A stretch of 63,893 nucleotides of DNA, filler included, from Licmophora abbreviata (taxonomy: Eukaryota): assembly GCA_900291995.1 (NCBI GenBank). It is 11 parts of 11 records of this genome, joined end to end, with 100 filler letters (N's around TTAATTAATTAA, not from the genome) between each part and the next. Parts side by side here need not be neighbours in the genome. Positions count along the whole stretch, not along the records: positions 15,136 to 27,529 come from OLMU01002938.1; positions 27,630 to 32,592 come from OLMU01002939.1; positions 32,693 to 36,826 come from OLMU01002940.1; 8 more parts are not named here. The stretch is one strand, 5' to 3'. How positions within the stretch are numbered: position 1 is the first letter of the stretch; every line of letters starts with the position of its first letter. Under the pieces are notes generated by a model, which saw only the letters and a program-made list of their open reading frames with translations, was not told the DNA's origin and made no database searches. The position numbers and the translations under genes are program-made. Shown in pieces: positions 22,368 through 33,877 of the stretch.

Positions 22368-23350
22368 TTACTCCATGTCGACAGACACCTTGGCGACACT
22401 TTCGACTTCCATAGACATGGTCTTCTCAGGGTCAAAGGGGCTGGGAAGTTCCATTGTCATAGTAGTTGTAGTTTCCGTCCAGCGGGCGAGCTCGCCCACC
22501 GGATCAAAGTAAATTGTTGCGGTCATCTTTCCTCCACTCGTCTTGATGTTAGCCATAGCCTCCGTCACAGTAGGATTGTCCATCAAGTCGCCCAAACCCT
22601 CCATATCCATGTCAAGCTCTCCCTCGAGCACGACAACAGCGCAGTCGTACCCTTCGTACTCCAAGTAGCCGACTAGTGTGCCCTTTCCAACGAAGGCAAC
22701 CGGAAGACCGTCTCCATCCATGGTGTAATCCCATGAATCGCCCGGTTTGACGGGCTCCGCAGGCAGAGCCTTGGTGATGCGCGTCATTTGACTGAACTGC
22801 TTCGATTGGTCTTGCAAACCCGCGGCCGCGACTTTCTCCACGATGGGGTTGTTGCTTTCGACAATGTGATCTTCGTCATCAACAATCAATGTCACCTTGG
22901 ACGCCATCATGGCTCCCAAGATGGGAGCCATAGGATTGTTGGGGTCCTGTGTGTCATCGGTGCTGTCAAAGGTCAAAGTCTGCCCTGCCACGGTCATCGA
23001 AAAGGCAATACGAGTGTATGCAATGTCAATCTCCTTTCCACCTTCGGGCAGTTCCGAAACATCCATTGTATTGTCAAGGTCCATGGTCATATGCTGATCC
23101 ATATTCGGGATCCCAGCCGGTCCTCATCTGAGCCTCCCAGATCCAGTACGTGCGTCGTAGTTTCCACGATGGAACTAGATCGATACGTAGTTCCCGGAAC
23201 GAATTCCGAATGCAGAAAGTCCACTCCACGGCTCGTATCCAGGTCAGGATCCTCAATCAAGGATCCAACCGAGGAGGCAACTGAGGTTGCCAAGAGGAGA
23301 AAGCATGATCTCAAGAGGAAAGAGAGCATGGTCAACATCGACGACTTCAT
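22368..23350 (-). CDS. Secreted DUF6263-like protein (1-nt frameshift near 23119)
   Basis: Signal peptide ORF 23350-23087 joins ORF 23102-22368 if one base is added at 23119-23120. Motifs TFDS..P..PILGAM, LPAEPVKPGDSW, IYFDPVG. Intronless. Confidence 0.6.
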
Positions 23351-23684
23351 GGTTGTTCCTTGTGATCCTTGACTGAAGTTTTCGTGAAGTCCAGAATTTT
23401 CATCCGCGCCTGCCGAGTCCCGGCACGAATCGAATCAAACGGGATCTGCAAATACGGATACCGCTATATGACAAAAGATTCCGGATTCCTACCCGTGTCT
23501 ACACAGATTTGCAGCACAAATTCACGTGGTAACAAACTTGTTTGTTCCAAACTCCGCCGGCGTCCGCGAGCGAGAAAGATCTCATTGAGTTCGACAGTCG
23601 ACAAGTATCATAAGTCGCCGTACGTTCCTGTCAACTTCGGTCGACTTTCTTTCGGTCTCTTCTTAGCCTCATCATTCACCCACC

Positions 23685-26600
23685 ATGTCTTTTACCTGTC
23701 TATCAGCGCAAGAGGCAGGGACTCTGCTTGGCGGAACGGCCTGGGCAGTCTTTTTGCTGACCTTGTTTGTCAGCCATGTGAACAGTGCAGTTCCACTCAC
23801 GCAACTGGGTCAGCGTCCAATGGGAACCGGATTGTGGTCCTATTACTATCACTTCATTGTCGATTCAGTTGGAGTCAAGGGATATGACTCGAGCTTGGGG
23901 GCTTGGTCGCCTTCTACTCGACTCGCATTTCACGCGGCCGCGGTGTTGGCAGTGTGGGCCTGTAGTGTCGAAGTAGTTTTTGTGTCAAATATGGAGGGGG
24001 AAACGGATGAATGTCCAGTCATGGGCTTATCGATTTCCGTCTTTCTGGTTGGACTCGCGGTGCTCTCCCTCTATCTTGCTTTCTTCTATTACTACTTTCA
24101 TTGCATGCCCAACGTGTCTCATCCGGGCGGACCGCGTGCTCACAGGATTCAGCGAGAACCGCAATGGGACGACCGCGTGTCGTCGTGGACCACTTCCACC
24201 CAACCAAAGTGGAGATGTGCTGTCGCACAAGACTCACATCACATTACAGAAATGGAATTTGCCGATGCCACGCCGGAAGCACCCACCCTATCGGGTGAGC
24301 CGTATGGACGTCAAATGTGGACGTGTACGCCGTCCAAACAACCGAAACGAGTCAAAAGTGTGGACGAGAAGATGGTGCAGGAAATGGCGTCTGGGGGACG
24401 ATCTGAAGGCTTTAATCCTTCCAAGAATCCAAACAGGTGCGTGGTATGGTTAGTCTTGTCGACGCGTTTGAATCTCGTAACGGTGCATCCCTGACCAAGT
24501 GTTCGATCCTGTCGATGCTGTTATCACTACTCTAGTTGCGACAAGATATTTCGGGCGCAGCAAATTCGATCCTATCTCGCCAGTGGTAAAAAGGCCCCAT
24601 CGACATCCGACAAGCCAAAAACGGTATCAGAGGCAGCGCGAAAGGCTGCCCACTTTTATTCGATGCTGCAAACAGAGGATGGTCACTTTGCGGGAGACTA
24701 CGGCGGCCCGCACTTTCTCATGCCGGGTCTAGTGACAGCATGGTATATACTTGGGAAACCGGAGCGTATGCTGGATGCATCGCAGGTGGCGTTAATGATT
24801 CACTATATTCGAGTGCACCAGCAATCGGATGGTGGTTGGGGAACTCACATTGAGAGTCCTTCGACCATGTTTGGAACAACTCTTATGTACTTGGCCCTGC
24901 GTTTGATGGGTGTTGACATGGAGGACGAAGCATGTATCAAAGGCCGCGCGTTCATTCAGGAAAATGGTGGTGCCATCATGACTTCTTCTTGGGCCAAGCT
25001 TAATCTGTGTCTGTTAGGCTGCATGGACTGGGACGGACACAACTCGGTTCCTCCCGAAATGTGGCTGCTGCCGAATTGGTTTCCGTTCCATCCTGCCCGC
25101 ATGTGGTGCCACGCTCGCATGGTCTATCTTCCCATGGGATACCTGTACGGATCGCGATTTGTCTACCAGAATGCCGACACAGACCCCACTATTCAATCGC
25201 TTCGAAAGGAGGTGCGTTCGTCCATTCAACGGTCCCTACGCTTTGGATTCAGACTCACACGGTGCTGCCGCTTTGCTCTCATCCTTGCAGCTATACTGCG
25301 AACCATATGAATCGATCCCTTGGATCAGAACGCGTCACTTGGTAGCCCCCATGGATAACTACTCGCCACTCCCGTTCGTCATGAGGTTTGCCCAAGACGC
25401 TCTTGCTCGGTATGAAACATGGTCAATCTTTCAGCCGTTGAAGAACTTTGTTCGGTCGCTCGGTCTCGAGTTCTGTGCAAAATACATGGCGGCAGAGGAT
25501 CTGCAGACGAACTATATTGATATTGGACCAGTGAATAAGGTCTTCAATATGATATCAGCTTTTCATGGTAAGGCTAGGGGGCGAGCGCAGAGCGCGATGG
25601 CAGCGATTGTTTGTTGTCCTCTTTCTCACACTTGGATCGCGTCTCTCTGTTCGTAAGTCGCGGGCAATAATATCGACCATCCAACTGTCGTCAAGCACAT
25701 GATGAGAATACCGGACTACTTGTGGGTTGCGGAAGATGGACTTAAAATGCAGGGCTACAACGGTAGCCAGTGTTGGGATACGTCATTTGCTATCCAAGCC
25801 ATTTGGGAAAGTGGACTTCTGGACGAGTTCCCTGATGTTTCGCGAAAGGTAGGTACACGCGGTTTTGTCGAGGTACGCATGTTGTTCGTTTTTCATCCGT
25901 CCCATCTTCTTTTGCGTGCTTTCTCTCGCAGGTCTGGGACTATCTTGAACGATGCCAGATTCTTTCTACGTCAACATCGCAGTAAGTAGTGTGTAGCTCG
26001 AGGTGTTGCGGCTCGCCATTGCATGCAGCCGGCATTTCACCTTTTCTCTGTTTCAACATTTAGATCCTCGCCCGCTTTTGAATACGAGTCAGCGTTCAAT
26101 CGCAACAAGTATTACCGTCATGTCTCCGAAGGCGGTTGGCCCTTCAGCACTAGTGCACACGGCTGGCCTATTAGCGACTGCACAGGAGAAGGTCTCAAAG
26201 GAATTCTGTGCCTTACCAAAAGCGAAACGATTGCCGCGGGCCTCAAAGATGGCACACTGCAGCCCGTCGACGAGAAGCGACTCGGAGATGCCGTCAATGT
26301 CATTCTGACGCTCCAAAACGAAGATGGTGGTATGTATTTTGTGTAGCTATTGTGTTTTGTCCGAGTGGTCACTATTGGCACTCATCTCGACGCTTCTCTC
26401 TTGTCGCCTCACTTTTAGGCTGGGCTACGTACGAAAACAACCGCGGCTTTGGGTGGTACGAACAGCTGAATCCCAGCGAAGTCTTTGGAGATATTATGAT
26501 TGACTACTCATATGTCGAGTGCAGCATGGCATCGCTCACGGCCTTGGCAGAGTTTCGCGCCGTCTACCCCCACCATCGTACGATTGAAATCAACCATTCC

Positions 26601-27140
26601 ATGGAGAAAGGCCGAAACTTCCTCAAGAGCATCCAACGCGACGACGGGTCGTGGTATGGGTCCTGGGCATGCTGCTTTTGCTATGGCGGTTGGTTTGGTA
26701 TCGAAGGACTTGTGCAAGGAGGCGAAGATATCAGGTCACCCGTCATTCAGAAGGCATGCAAGTTCTTGCTGTCACACCAGCGTCCAAACGGCGGTTGGGG
26801 TGAAGACTTTACGTCATGCTATGACAAGGATTATGCCGAAAATGGCATGGACGCATACGGCGATGGAGGCAGCGGCGTCGTGAATACCGGCTGGGCTTTA
26901 TTGGCTCTATCAGCGGCCAAGTGTGAAGATGTGGATGCGATACGTCGAGGAGTACAGTATCTGATGAAGCGACAGCTGCCGTGCGGAGACTGGCCGCAGG
27001 AGGGTATTGCAGGCGTGTTCAACCGCGCCTGCGGCATTACGTACACGGCATACCGGAACGTTTTTCCGTTGTGGGCTTTAGGTAGATGCGCGGCGACCTA
27101 TGGAGATGTTCTGGACCACGAGCCATTTAAAAGCAAGTAG
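23685..27140 (+). CDS. CAS: Oxidosqualene cyclase (cycloartenol synthase type) with hydrophobic N-terminal extension
   Basis: Exons 23685-24436, 24536-25211, 25291-25567, 25658-25848, 25932-25981, 26064-26329, 26419-27140. [32 protein letters not shown], and QW repeats ([22 protein letters not shown]). Confidence 0.94.
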
Positions 27141-27343
27141 AAGAACCACAATGAGTGAGTCGACCCGATGCGCTGTCATATGATCGAAGGTTGACAAGGG
27201 CGGAACTCTACATTTGTAGAATGACAATGCTCTCGCTTACCAAGTTACGTCTTGTAAGATACCAGCAGAAGAGAGATGCGCCGACCTACGTAAACTAGCG
27301 ACAATTGCCACGGCCGAAACACTTCCCTAAGCACAGCACTGCT

Positions 27344-27454
27344 GTATTTAGTATTTAGTATTTAGATAGCTTGTCGGTGTAGCCGTACATTCCGGTACGC
27401 TTTCGACTTCAACTCGAGAGAATCGAATCGAATCGAATCGAATCAATCGATTCG
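27344..27454. repeat. Short tandem repeats (GTATTTA)3 at 27344-27364 and (AATCG)~6 at 27421-27450
   Basis: Directly visible in intergenic DNA. Confidence 0.85.
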
Positions 27455-27529
27455 AAAGTGCTTTGCGGCATTGGAGCAATTCCTGACGTTTGTGAGCGGC
27501 GTAAGGTTTGTTCACGATTCGTAGTATGG

Positions 27530-27629
27530 NNNNNNNNNNNNNNNNNNNNNNNNNNNNNNNNNNNNNNNNNNNNTTAATTAATTAANNNNNNNNNNNNNNN
27601 NNNNNNNNNNNNNNNNNNNNNNNNNNNNN
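27530..27629. other. Artificial scaffold linker
   Basis: N44-TTAATTAATTAA-N44; truncates the 5' end of the multicopper oxidase. Confidence 0.98.
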
Positions 27630-29294
27630 GGACTCTGTCATGGGACCCACAATGCGTGTACGGCCTGGACAATCCCTGTGGATCAAGCTGACGAACAACA
27701 TGAACGACACGTCGCTCGGACCCCACGAGCCGACCGCCGACGACTATTGGAGGATGCTGCAAAATCCCGGAGAGAACATCAAGTATCAGTACTACAAGAA
27801 GACGGTCGACGATCCCTCTCTACTCAAGGTCGACACCCCAAACATGGCCCATGGCTTTGATACGACGAACTTACATCTCCACGGCCTCGACACGGACGTG
27901 CACATGTTTGATCCCCTTGGTACGCACAGCAAAACAGCGCCGCACATTGCCATCGGTCCTGGGCAGTGCTACTGCTACCAATTCAGTGTTCCAGAGCACC
28001 ACCCCTCTGGTTTGTACTGGTACCATCCTCATGTTCATGGATCCACCGCACTGCAGATATGGAGCGGCATGCTCGGGCTCCTCTATGTTGAGGGTCCCTT
28101 GGAGGAGGAGCTCGCGGGGTACGGCATCACTCTATCCGAAGAGTTTGCCATTTGGGACCCCGCGTTCAAGAGTGTCGACAAACCTACACACAATCTTGAG
28201 GTAGACGAATTCCTCATGGGTCAAACTACGCTTTCCAAGATACATCCCTTCTTGGTAAATGGCGAAATTACTCCCAGTTTCAGTGTCGGCGTTGGCGAAG
28301 TCCTTCACCTCGCGCACTCTGTGGTACTATTGAGAACGAAAATACATTCATTGTCTATCCTGAAGGCATGGAGGATGAACATTGGGACGATGCAGCTATT
28401 CCGTTTTGGGTAATTGCTTCGGACGGTGTCACGTATCCAAAACCACGTCAAAGGACCATGATGGTCATGGCAGGCGGGCAGCGCGAGGAGGTTCTCTTGC
28501 AATTCGACAGACCCGGCAAGTACGTGATTAGTCAACAGGGAATCGAGGGCATGCAGTTCTTTGACATGATGGGACATCCACACTCGCAGATTCTCGCCAC
28601 CATCACCGTCGACGACAACATTCGCAGTCAGCTTCCCACCATGCCAATTTCGGAAATGATCTTTACCCCAGGCTATGGAGAAGATGAAACGATCGACGCC
28701 GCGGATATCACTGGTTCTGAGACTATCGTCTTTTCCATGGGCGCCAATCGCGACGAGGCTCCCTTCCCACAGTACTATGTCAATGGCAAGTCGTTCGAGC
28801 CAAACCGAATCGACTTTTCGGCACGTCCGGGGGAGGCACGCGAGTACATTCTGATCAATGCCAACCACAACGTCCATCCCTTTCATATCCATGTCAATCG
28901 CTTCCAAGTCAAGGAGATGGGATCGGAACTGTCGACGGAAAAATACCCCGTGCTGGCGGGTCTCCTGGACTTTTACCCCGACGTGTGGCGCGACACGGTC
29001 GTGGTCCCGCCCAACGGACGGGCTCGTGTGTGGGTGCAATACAAGAACTTGACCGGAAAGACGGTCCTCCATTGTCACTTTCTGGCACATGAAGATACTG
29101 GAATGATGTCAACTCTGTTCATTGGTGAACCCGATTTTCATTGGAAGGATCACATGCTGTTGCTCATGGGTGCTGGCGCGGGAGTGATGTTCGCTGCTAG
29201 TGTGTTGCTACTGGCGATTGTATTCATGCGGCGTGAGAAGGAAACCTACGAGCCGGTTGTGATGAACGAGCTGAAGTCAAAGGCGTTGGACTAA
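27630..29294 (+). CDS. Three-domain multicopper oxidase with C-terminal TM helix (5' truncated; frameshift ~28310)
   Basis: All four Cu-binding motifs: HLHG, WYHPHVH, HPFHIH, HCHFLAHEDTGM. The two ORFs join with +1 nt (LHLRALCGTIENENTF). C-terminal TM LLLMGAGAGVMFAASVLLLAIVF. Confidence 0.9.
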
Positions 29295-30031
29295 TTTTGA
29301 GATATCATTTCTTTATGTAAAACCTCGTAGAAGTTTACAGTTTAGTTGTGATTGTGTGCAAGTGGACTTGACTTGACATGGGTCTCTGTTGGAGCGAGCG
29401 ACGTACACGAACGAACTATATCTAATATTACTTGCTTGTTGTTCTGTGCATCCCCGACTTGGGCGTACCGGTACGACCATCTCGGGTACCAGTACGAGAG
29501 TGATGGGGTATGCAAGAAGGTGGTGTCTTACGATTTCAAATGGGGCCGTGCCGGCGCAGAGTAAGCTCAGAACCTGGCGGATGATGCGATTGCGCTCGCG
29601 CTGTATTGCATTTTTTGTCCTGCATCGGCGACGTGTTTGCTTCTTGTGTTGAAAGCTTCTGGTCACATTGGAGATTCAGCAGCCAATAGCAACCTTGTGT
29701 CCCGCCTTAATCATCTTTTGTAATCCCTGCAACCGTGCAGATACTACAGCAGACTTCGATCAGCCCTCCCTTGTTTAGATTCATCAAAACCGATCTCGCA
29801 TTTTTTCGCTCCCGACTAGAAGTATCGCTGCGAGACCGCGAATATACATCACTGCGTTCCTGGTAGCTCATCCCATTTGTTCGCGTCCCTTCGATCAAGC
29901 TGTCAACGTCCACACCGCCCTCCTCTTTTACTGCGTCCCCTCTGCGACGCTGTACTACCTCCTTGTGGACTGTCTCGTCGTGCTTCCTGCGCGGTCTGAA
30001 TCTTCTCTGCGTGGATATCCTCACTGACAGA

Positions 30032-32098
30032 ATGGGCACGTATCTCTCGACCCCCGTCACTGAAAAGTGCCAAGAAGCGGGACACGATCTTGATAGCAAG
30101 GTCGTCCCATGTCGTTGGGCTGTTGTCGATATGCAGGGATGGAGGAAGGGTATGGAAGACGCGCATATCGCTCAGACCGCTGTGGTGGACGGCAACACGA
30201 CGAAGGGCGAGCTCAAGGTCTTTGGCGTCTTTGACGGCCACGGCGGACCGGAAGTGGCGAAATTTTGTCAGCTGTATCTGGTGAATGTCTTGATAGAGCT
30301 GTCAAAGGAAAGTCAAGAGAAGAAACTTACAGGCGAAAACGTAGGGGACACGCTCAAGGCGACCTTTCATGCATTGGATCGCATGATTGATCAGGACGCG
30401 CGACGGTACGTTTCTCGTTTTGCCGGGAGTCAAGTGTGGTGGTGATGACTGTCTGCCGTAATAAGGCTCCTTTACTGATTGTCCATCTTGTCGCTTTTTG
30501 ATTCGCGCACAGTGACGAACTTCTCTTTTTGAGAACCGACAAGCTGCAGCCCGGGGAGACCCGTCCGATTGGCTCTGTTCCGATTCCAAAGGCTACGGGC
30601 GAACCTATCCAGGTTCGAGGTGGCATTGGAGCCCCGGTGCACGTACCTGTCATGGATAAGGATGAACCACATGTGACGTCTTTGGAAGAAGTGGAGGAAG
30701 ATGGTGAAGCATCGAACAACAACGATGAGGTCGACAAGAAGACGTTGACGGATGACGATACAACCGAAGAGAGTTCATTGGAAAATACTAGCCCAGAAGT
30801 AGCGAATGAGGGCACATCGGGGAAGTCGAATGTCATGCCAGAGAATATGAACGCAGAAACAGAAACATCTGGTAGCGAGGATGGCGACACATCCAATGGC
30901 GATGACAGCGAGGACGCAGACAGCGACGATGCCGTGGGCCTTGACGAGGCTGCCAAGCTAGACCAAGACCTTATGAAGGACGACGACGACGACACTGACG
31001 CGTCTAGCAAGGAAGCGGCTGCTGTAGACGTCGTAAGCGTGACGCTTGGTGAGCCTGCGTCCCCCAAGAGTCGGAAAGTTTCAGGAATGTTCAAGTTTTT
31101 GAGTCTGAAGAGCAGCAAGAGCAAGGGGCAAGTCCCCGCCAAAGGTGAGCTGTCCTCGTCATGTATGTGGATACGTATTCTCGGTGATTCGCAGTGCTTT
31201 CCTTCGGCTTTCTAACCCACTCTTGCCATTTTTGATCTCTTATCGTCTCAGCTCGGTCATCGAGTGCGTCCCTTCCTGGACAACCGACGGAGGGGCTCCG
31301 AGCTTCTATTATCCAAAATGGCCGACAAGTGAGTCGTTTCCCTCATTTACCTTGCCTGTTTAGTTGTTCACAACGTTTCATTGATATTCGACTCGTATTT
31401 TCATTGCACGTTACAGATTTGCAATCTTCCAGACCACCCGATCCACGCTGGGTGCACCGCAGTTGTGGCCGTCCTCATTGACCGCACTCTGACAATCGCA
31501 AACGCCGGCGACTCACGCGCCGTCCTTTGTCGCGTAGGTGGATTGACAGACCCCTTGAGTTTCGATCACAAGCCCCAACAAGATCGCGAACTGTCCCGTA
31601 TTCGCAAGGCCGGTGGTTTTGTCAACCAATTTGGACGCGTCAATGGCAATCTCAACTTGTCTCGGTCCATTGGAGATCTGAAGTACAAGCAAGTTCCCGG
31701 TATTCCGCCCGCCGAACAAATGATCACCGCCGAGCCCGACATCGTCCAGTAAGTGCAGCAAAGGGTGATTCTCAAATGCTTCAGCCGTCGCTAGTCCGCT
31801 CTCCAACCTCGTTTATCTTTCCTTGTGCTTTTACAGGACGACTTTGCATCCACAGGATGAGTTCATCATTATCGGATGCGACGGAATTTGGGACTGCCTC
31901 ACAAATGAGCAGGCTGTTCGCTACGTCCGAAGTCGCATAGACAAAAAGACTCCGACCGAAATCGGCATCGAAATGCTAGACGAGATCATTAGCGAAGATC
32001 CGAGAGCTACGCAGGGAATTGGGGGAGACAACATGACGATTATGATTGTCGATCTGCAGCCACAATCAAGACCGTATTCTGCTTCGTCGCCAGCTTGA
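30032..32098 (+). CDS. PP2C/PPM phosphatase, PPM1G-like with long acidic insertion
   Basis: Exons 30032-30405, 30513-31144, 31252-31328, 31417-31748, 31837-32098. MGTYLSTP, MQGWR..MEDAH, VFDGHGG, ANAGDSRA, SRSIGD, CDGIWD, GDNMT. Confidence 0.93.
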
Positions 32099-32286
32099 GG
32101 AAGAAATACAACGTATGACGGGTACTCTCGTTGAAGTAGAAACGAGAGTAAAGAGGAATAACCCCAGATAGTAGATTGTGGGAGTACGGAACGAGAAGAG
32201 AGGCACTATTCAGTGTTCGTTTTTCAAGTTCTAGTGTGTTTAATCGACCGCAGTCGACGATTCTATCTCTGTCGTACCGGTACTCT

Positions 32287-33301
32287 CTAAGATGAATGAA
32301 CCTTGATGTCAGGTATATCCACGTGAACAAGCTTGGGCGCCTCGATGGTCTCACCCGACGTCGAATAGTGTCTCGATCGCCGTCCCTTTGCAGTCGACCG
32401 ATGCATGTTCGTCTGATGCAGCTCGCCTCTTCCCTTGCTCGACTCTGGTACTGGCTCGAACGGATCAAGGAATTGGTGCTCATGGGGCGAGTTGGGGTTC
32501 GATTGCTGGGATGATGTTGAGGCTGCTTCCGTGTCGTCAGTCGACGGCGTCTGGGACAGAGTCGATGCCCTACTCTTCACCATCATTGTGGGNNNNNNNN
32601 NNNNNNNNNNNNNNNNNNNNNNNNNNNNNNNNNNNNTTAATTAATTAANNNNNNNNNNNNNNNNNNNNNNNNNNNNNNNNNNNNNNNNNNNNCATCATTG
32701 TGGGTTCGTTCGCTTTCTTAACCTTTGCCTTTCCCGCAGCTTGAGTCGCTAGGATCGTAACCCACAATATCTCACACACATCGACCCACAGCAATCGATA
32801 CTCGACGTGAATCACTCCATACGTAATGCAGTGCGCTGGAAACCATACTTTGAGTCCACTCATAATCAAGGGCAAGGTCGTCCTCCGAATGTCGCGGACT
32901 ATCCGAAGCGGTGACTCCGACTTCATGATTCCCAATAGAACGATATACGTGTTATTCCAAAACGGTCCCCAAGTACTTTGATCCAAGAGGACCTTGAGAA
33001 AGACTGTCCACCAGGACGTCCAGTGAAGTTCTTCAAAGAGACTCTCGGAATAGATGTACCAGTAGTGAGACATGGGTCCATGGCCTAAACCGCCGGCAAC
33101 TAGCGATCGTAGCGTACGTCTCCAATCGATTCTCTTGGAGCCCTCTGATTTTTGTGCAATGATATCGCCAATGGTGTAAACCGTAGCAGACGTAATGGCC
33201 TTGGTAATGACGGGGGCCTCTTCGAGCATGATGGAGTAGTCATTCATCAAGGAACCGAGGAATGACAAGAACATCATCGGAGCAGGCGATGAAGAAGCCA
33301 T
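32287..33301 (-). CDS. Mpv17/PMP22 family membrane protein, reading across the linker
   Basis: PVITKAITSA..GDIIAQ, IDWRRT, GPMSHYWY, KVLLDQ..WGP, KVWFPAH, YRLLWV. A 12-bp contig overlap fuses it to ORF 32586-32287. Start codon uncertain. Confidence 0.85.
32593..32692. other. Artificial scaffold linker between overlapping contig ends
   Basis: catcattgtggg occurs at both 32581-32592 and 32693-32704. Confidence 0.97.
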
Positions 33302-33877
33302 GAGACCTGAGTGCGTATCCTTGACTCGGACCGGTGTCGATCGAACAAGTCCGAGGGTGGCTTGAGAAGATTCGATGGTAATACTGAATGACCTGACCCC
33401 TGACCGGACGTGCGGACGAACTGAATCTGAGTGAAACGCAGTCCAAATTTGCTCGCTCAAAAGCCGATTCTCAGGTGTTCCCACAAATGAAGTTCAATTC
33501 TCTATACGGCACTATCGAACTCTATCGACGGGAATGGACCGCGTTGTTCCACCGCCGAGGCGCGAGGAATGAATATACAGCTATACGCGTTGTGTCGTGT
33601 GTCAGTCACATTCTTGTGAGGGACGACAGGCGCGAGTGATGACTGCTCATGACCGATTGGGCGTAATAAAAATGTCAATTGATAGGGAATCTGGAATCAT
33701 TGTACAACAGCTATCAGATCACTTTCACCTAAAATGTGGGGCCGTCGGTCGTCACATCTCATCAAGTGAAAACAGAGAGGTGAACACACAAACACAAAAC
33801 ACGCCCTTTGTTGGACCGACAACAACGATTGAACGACCAGAGCGCCTGCTGGTCAAACTACCGATCAGGATACAGCA

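Noticed and set aside
30513..31144. Large acidic insertion in PP2C
   Set aside because: Known feature of PPM1G-type phosphatases.
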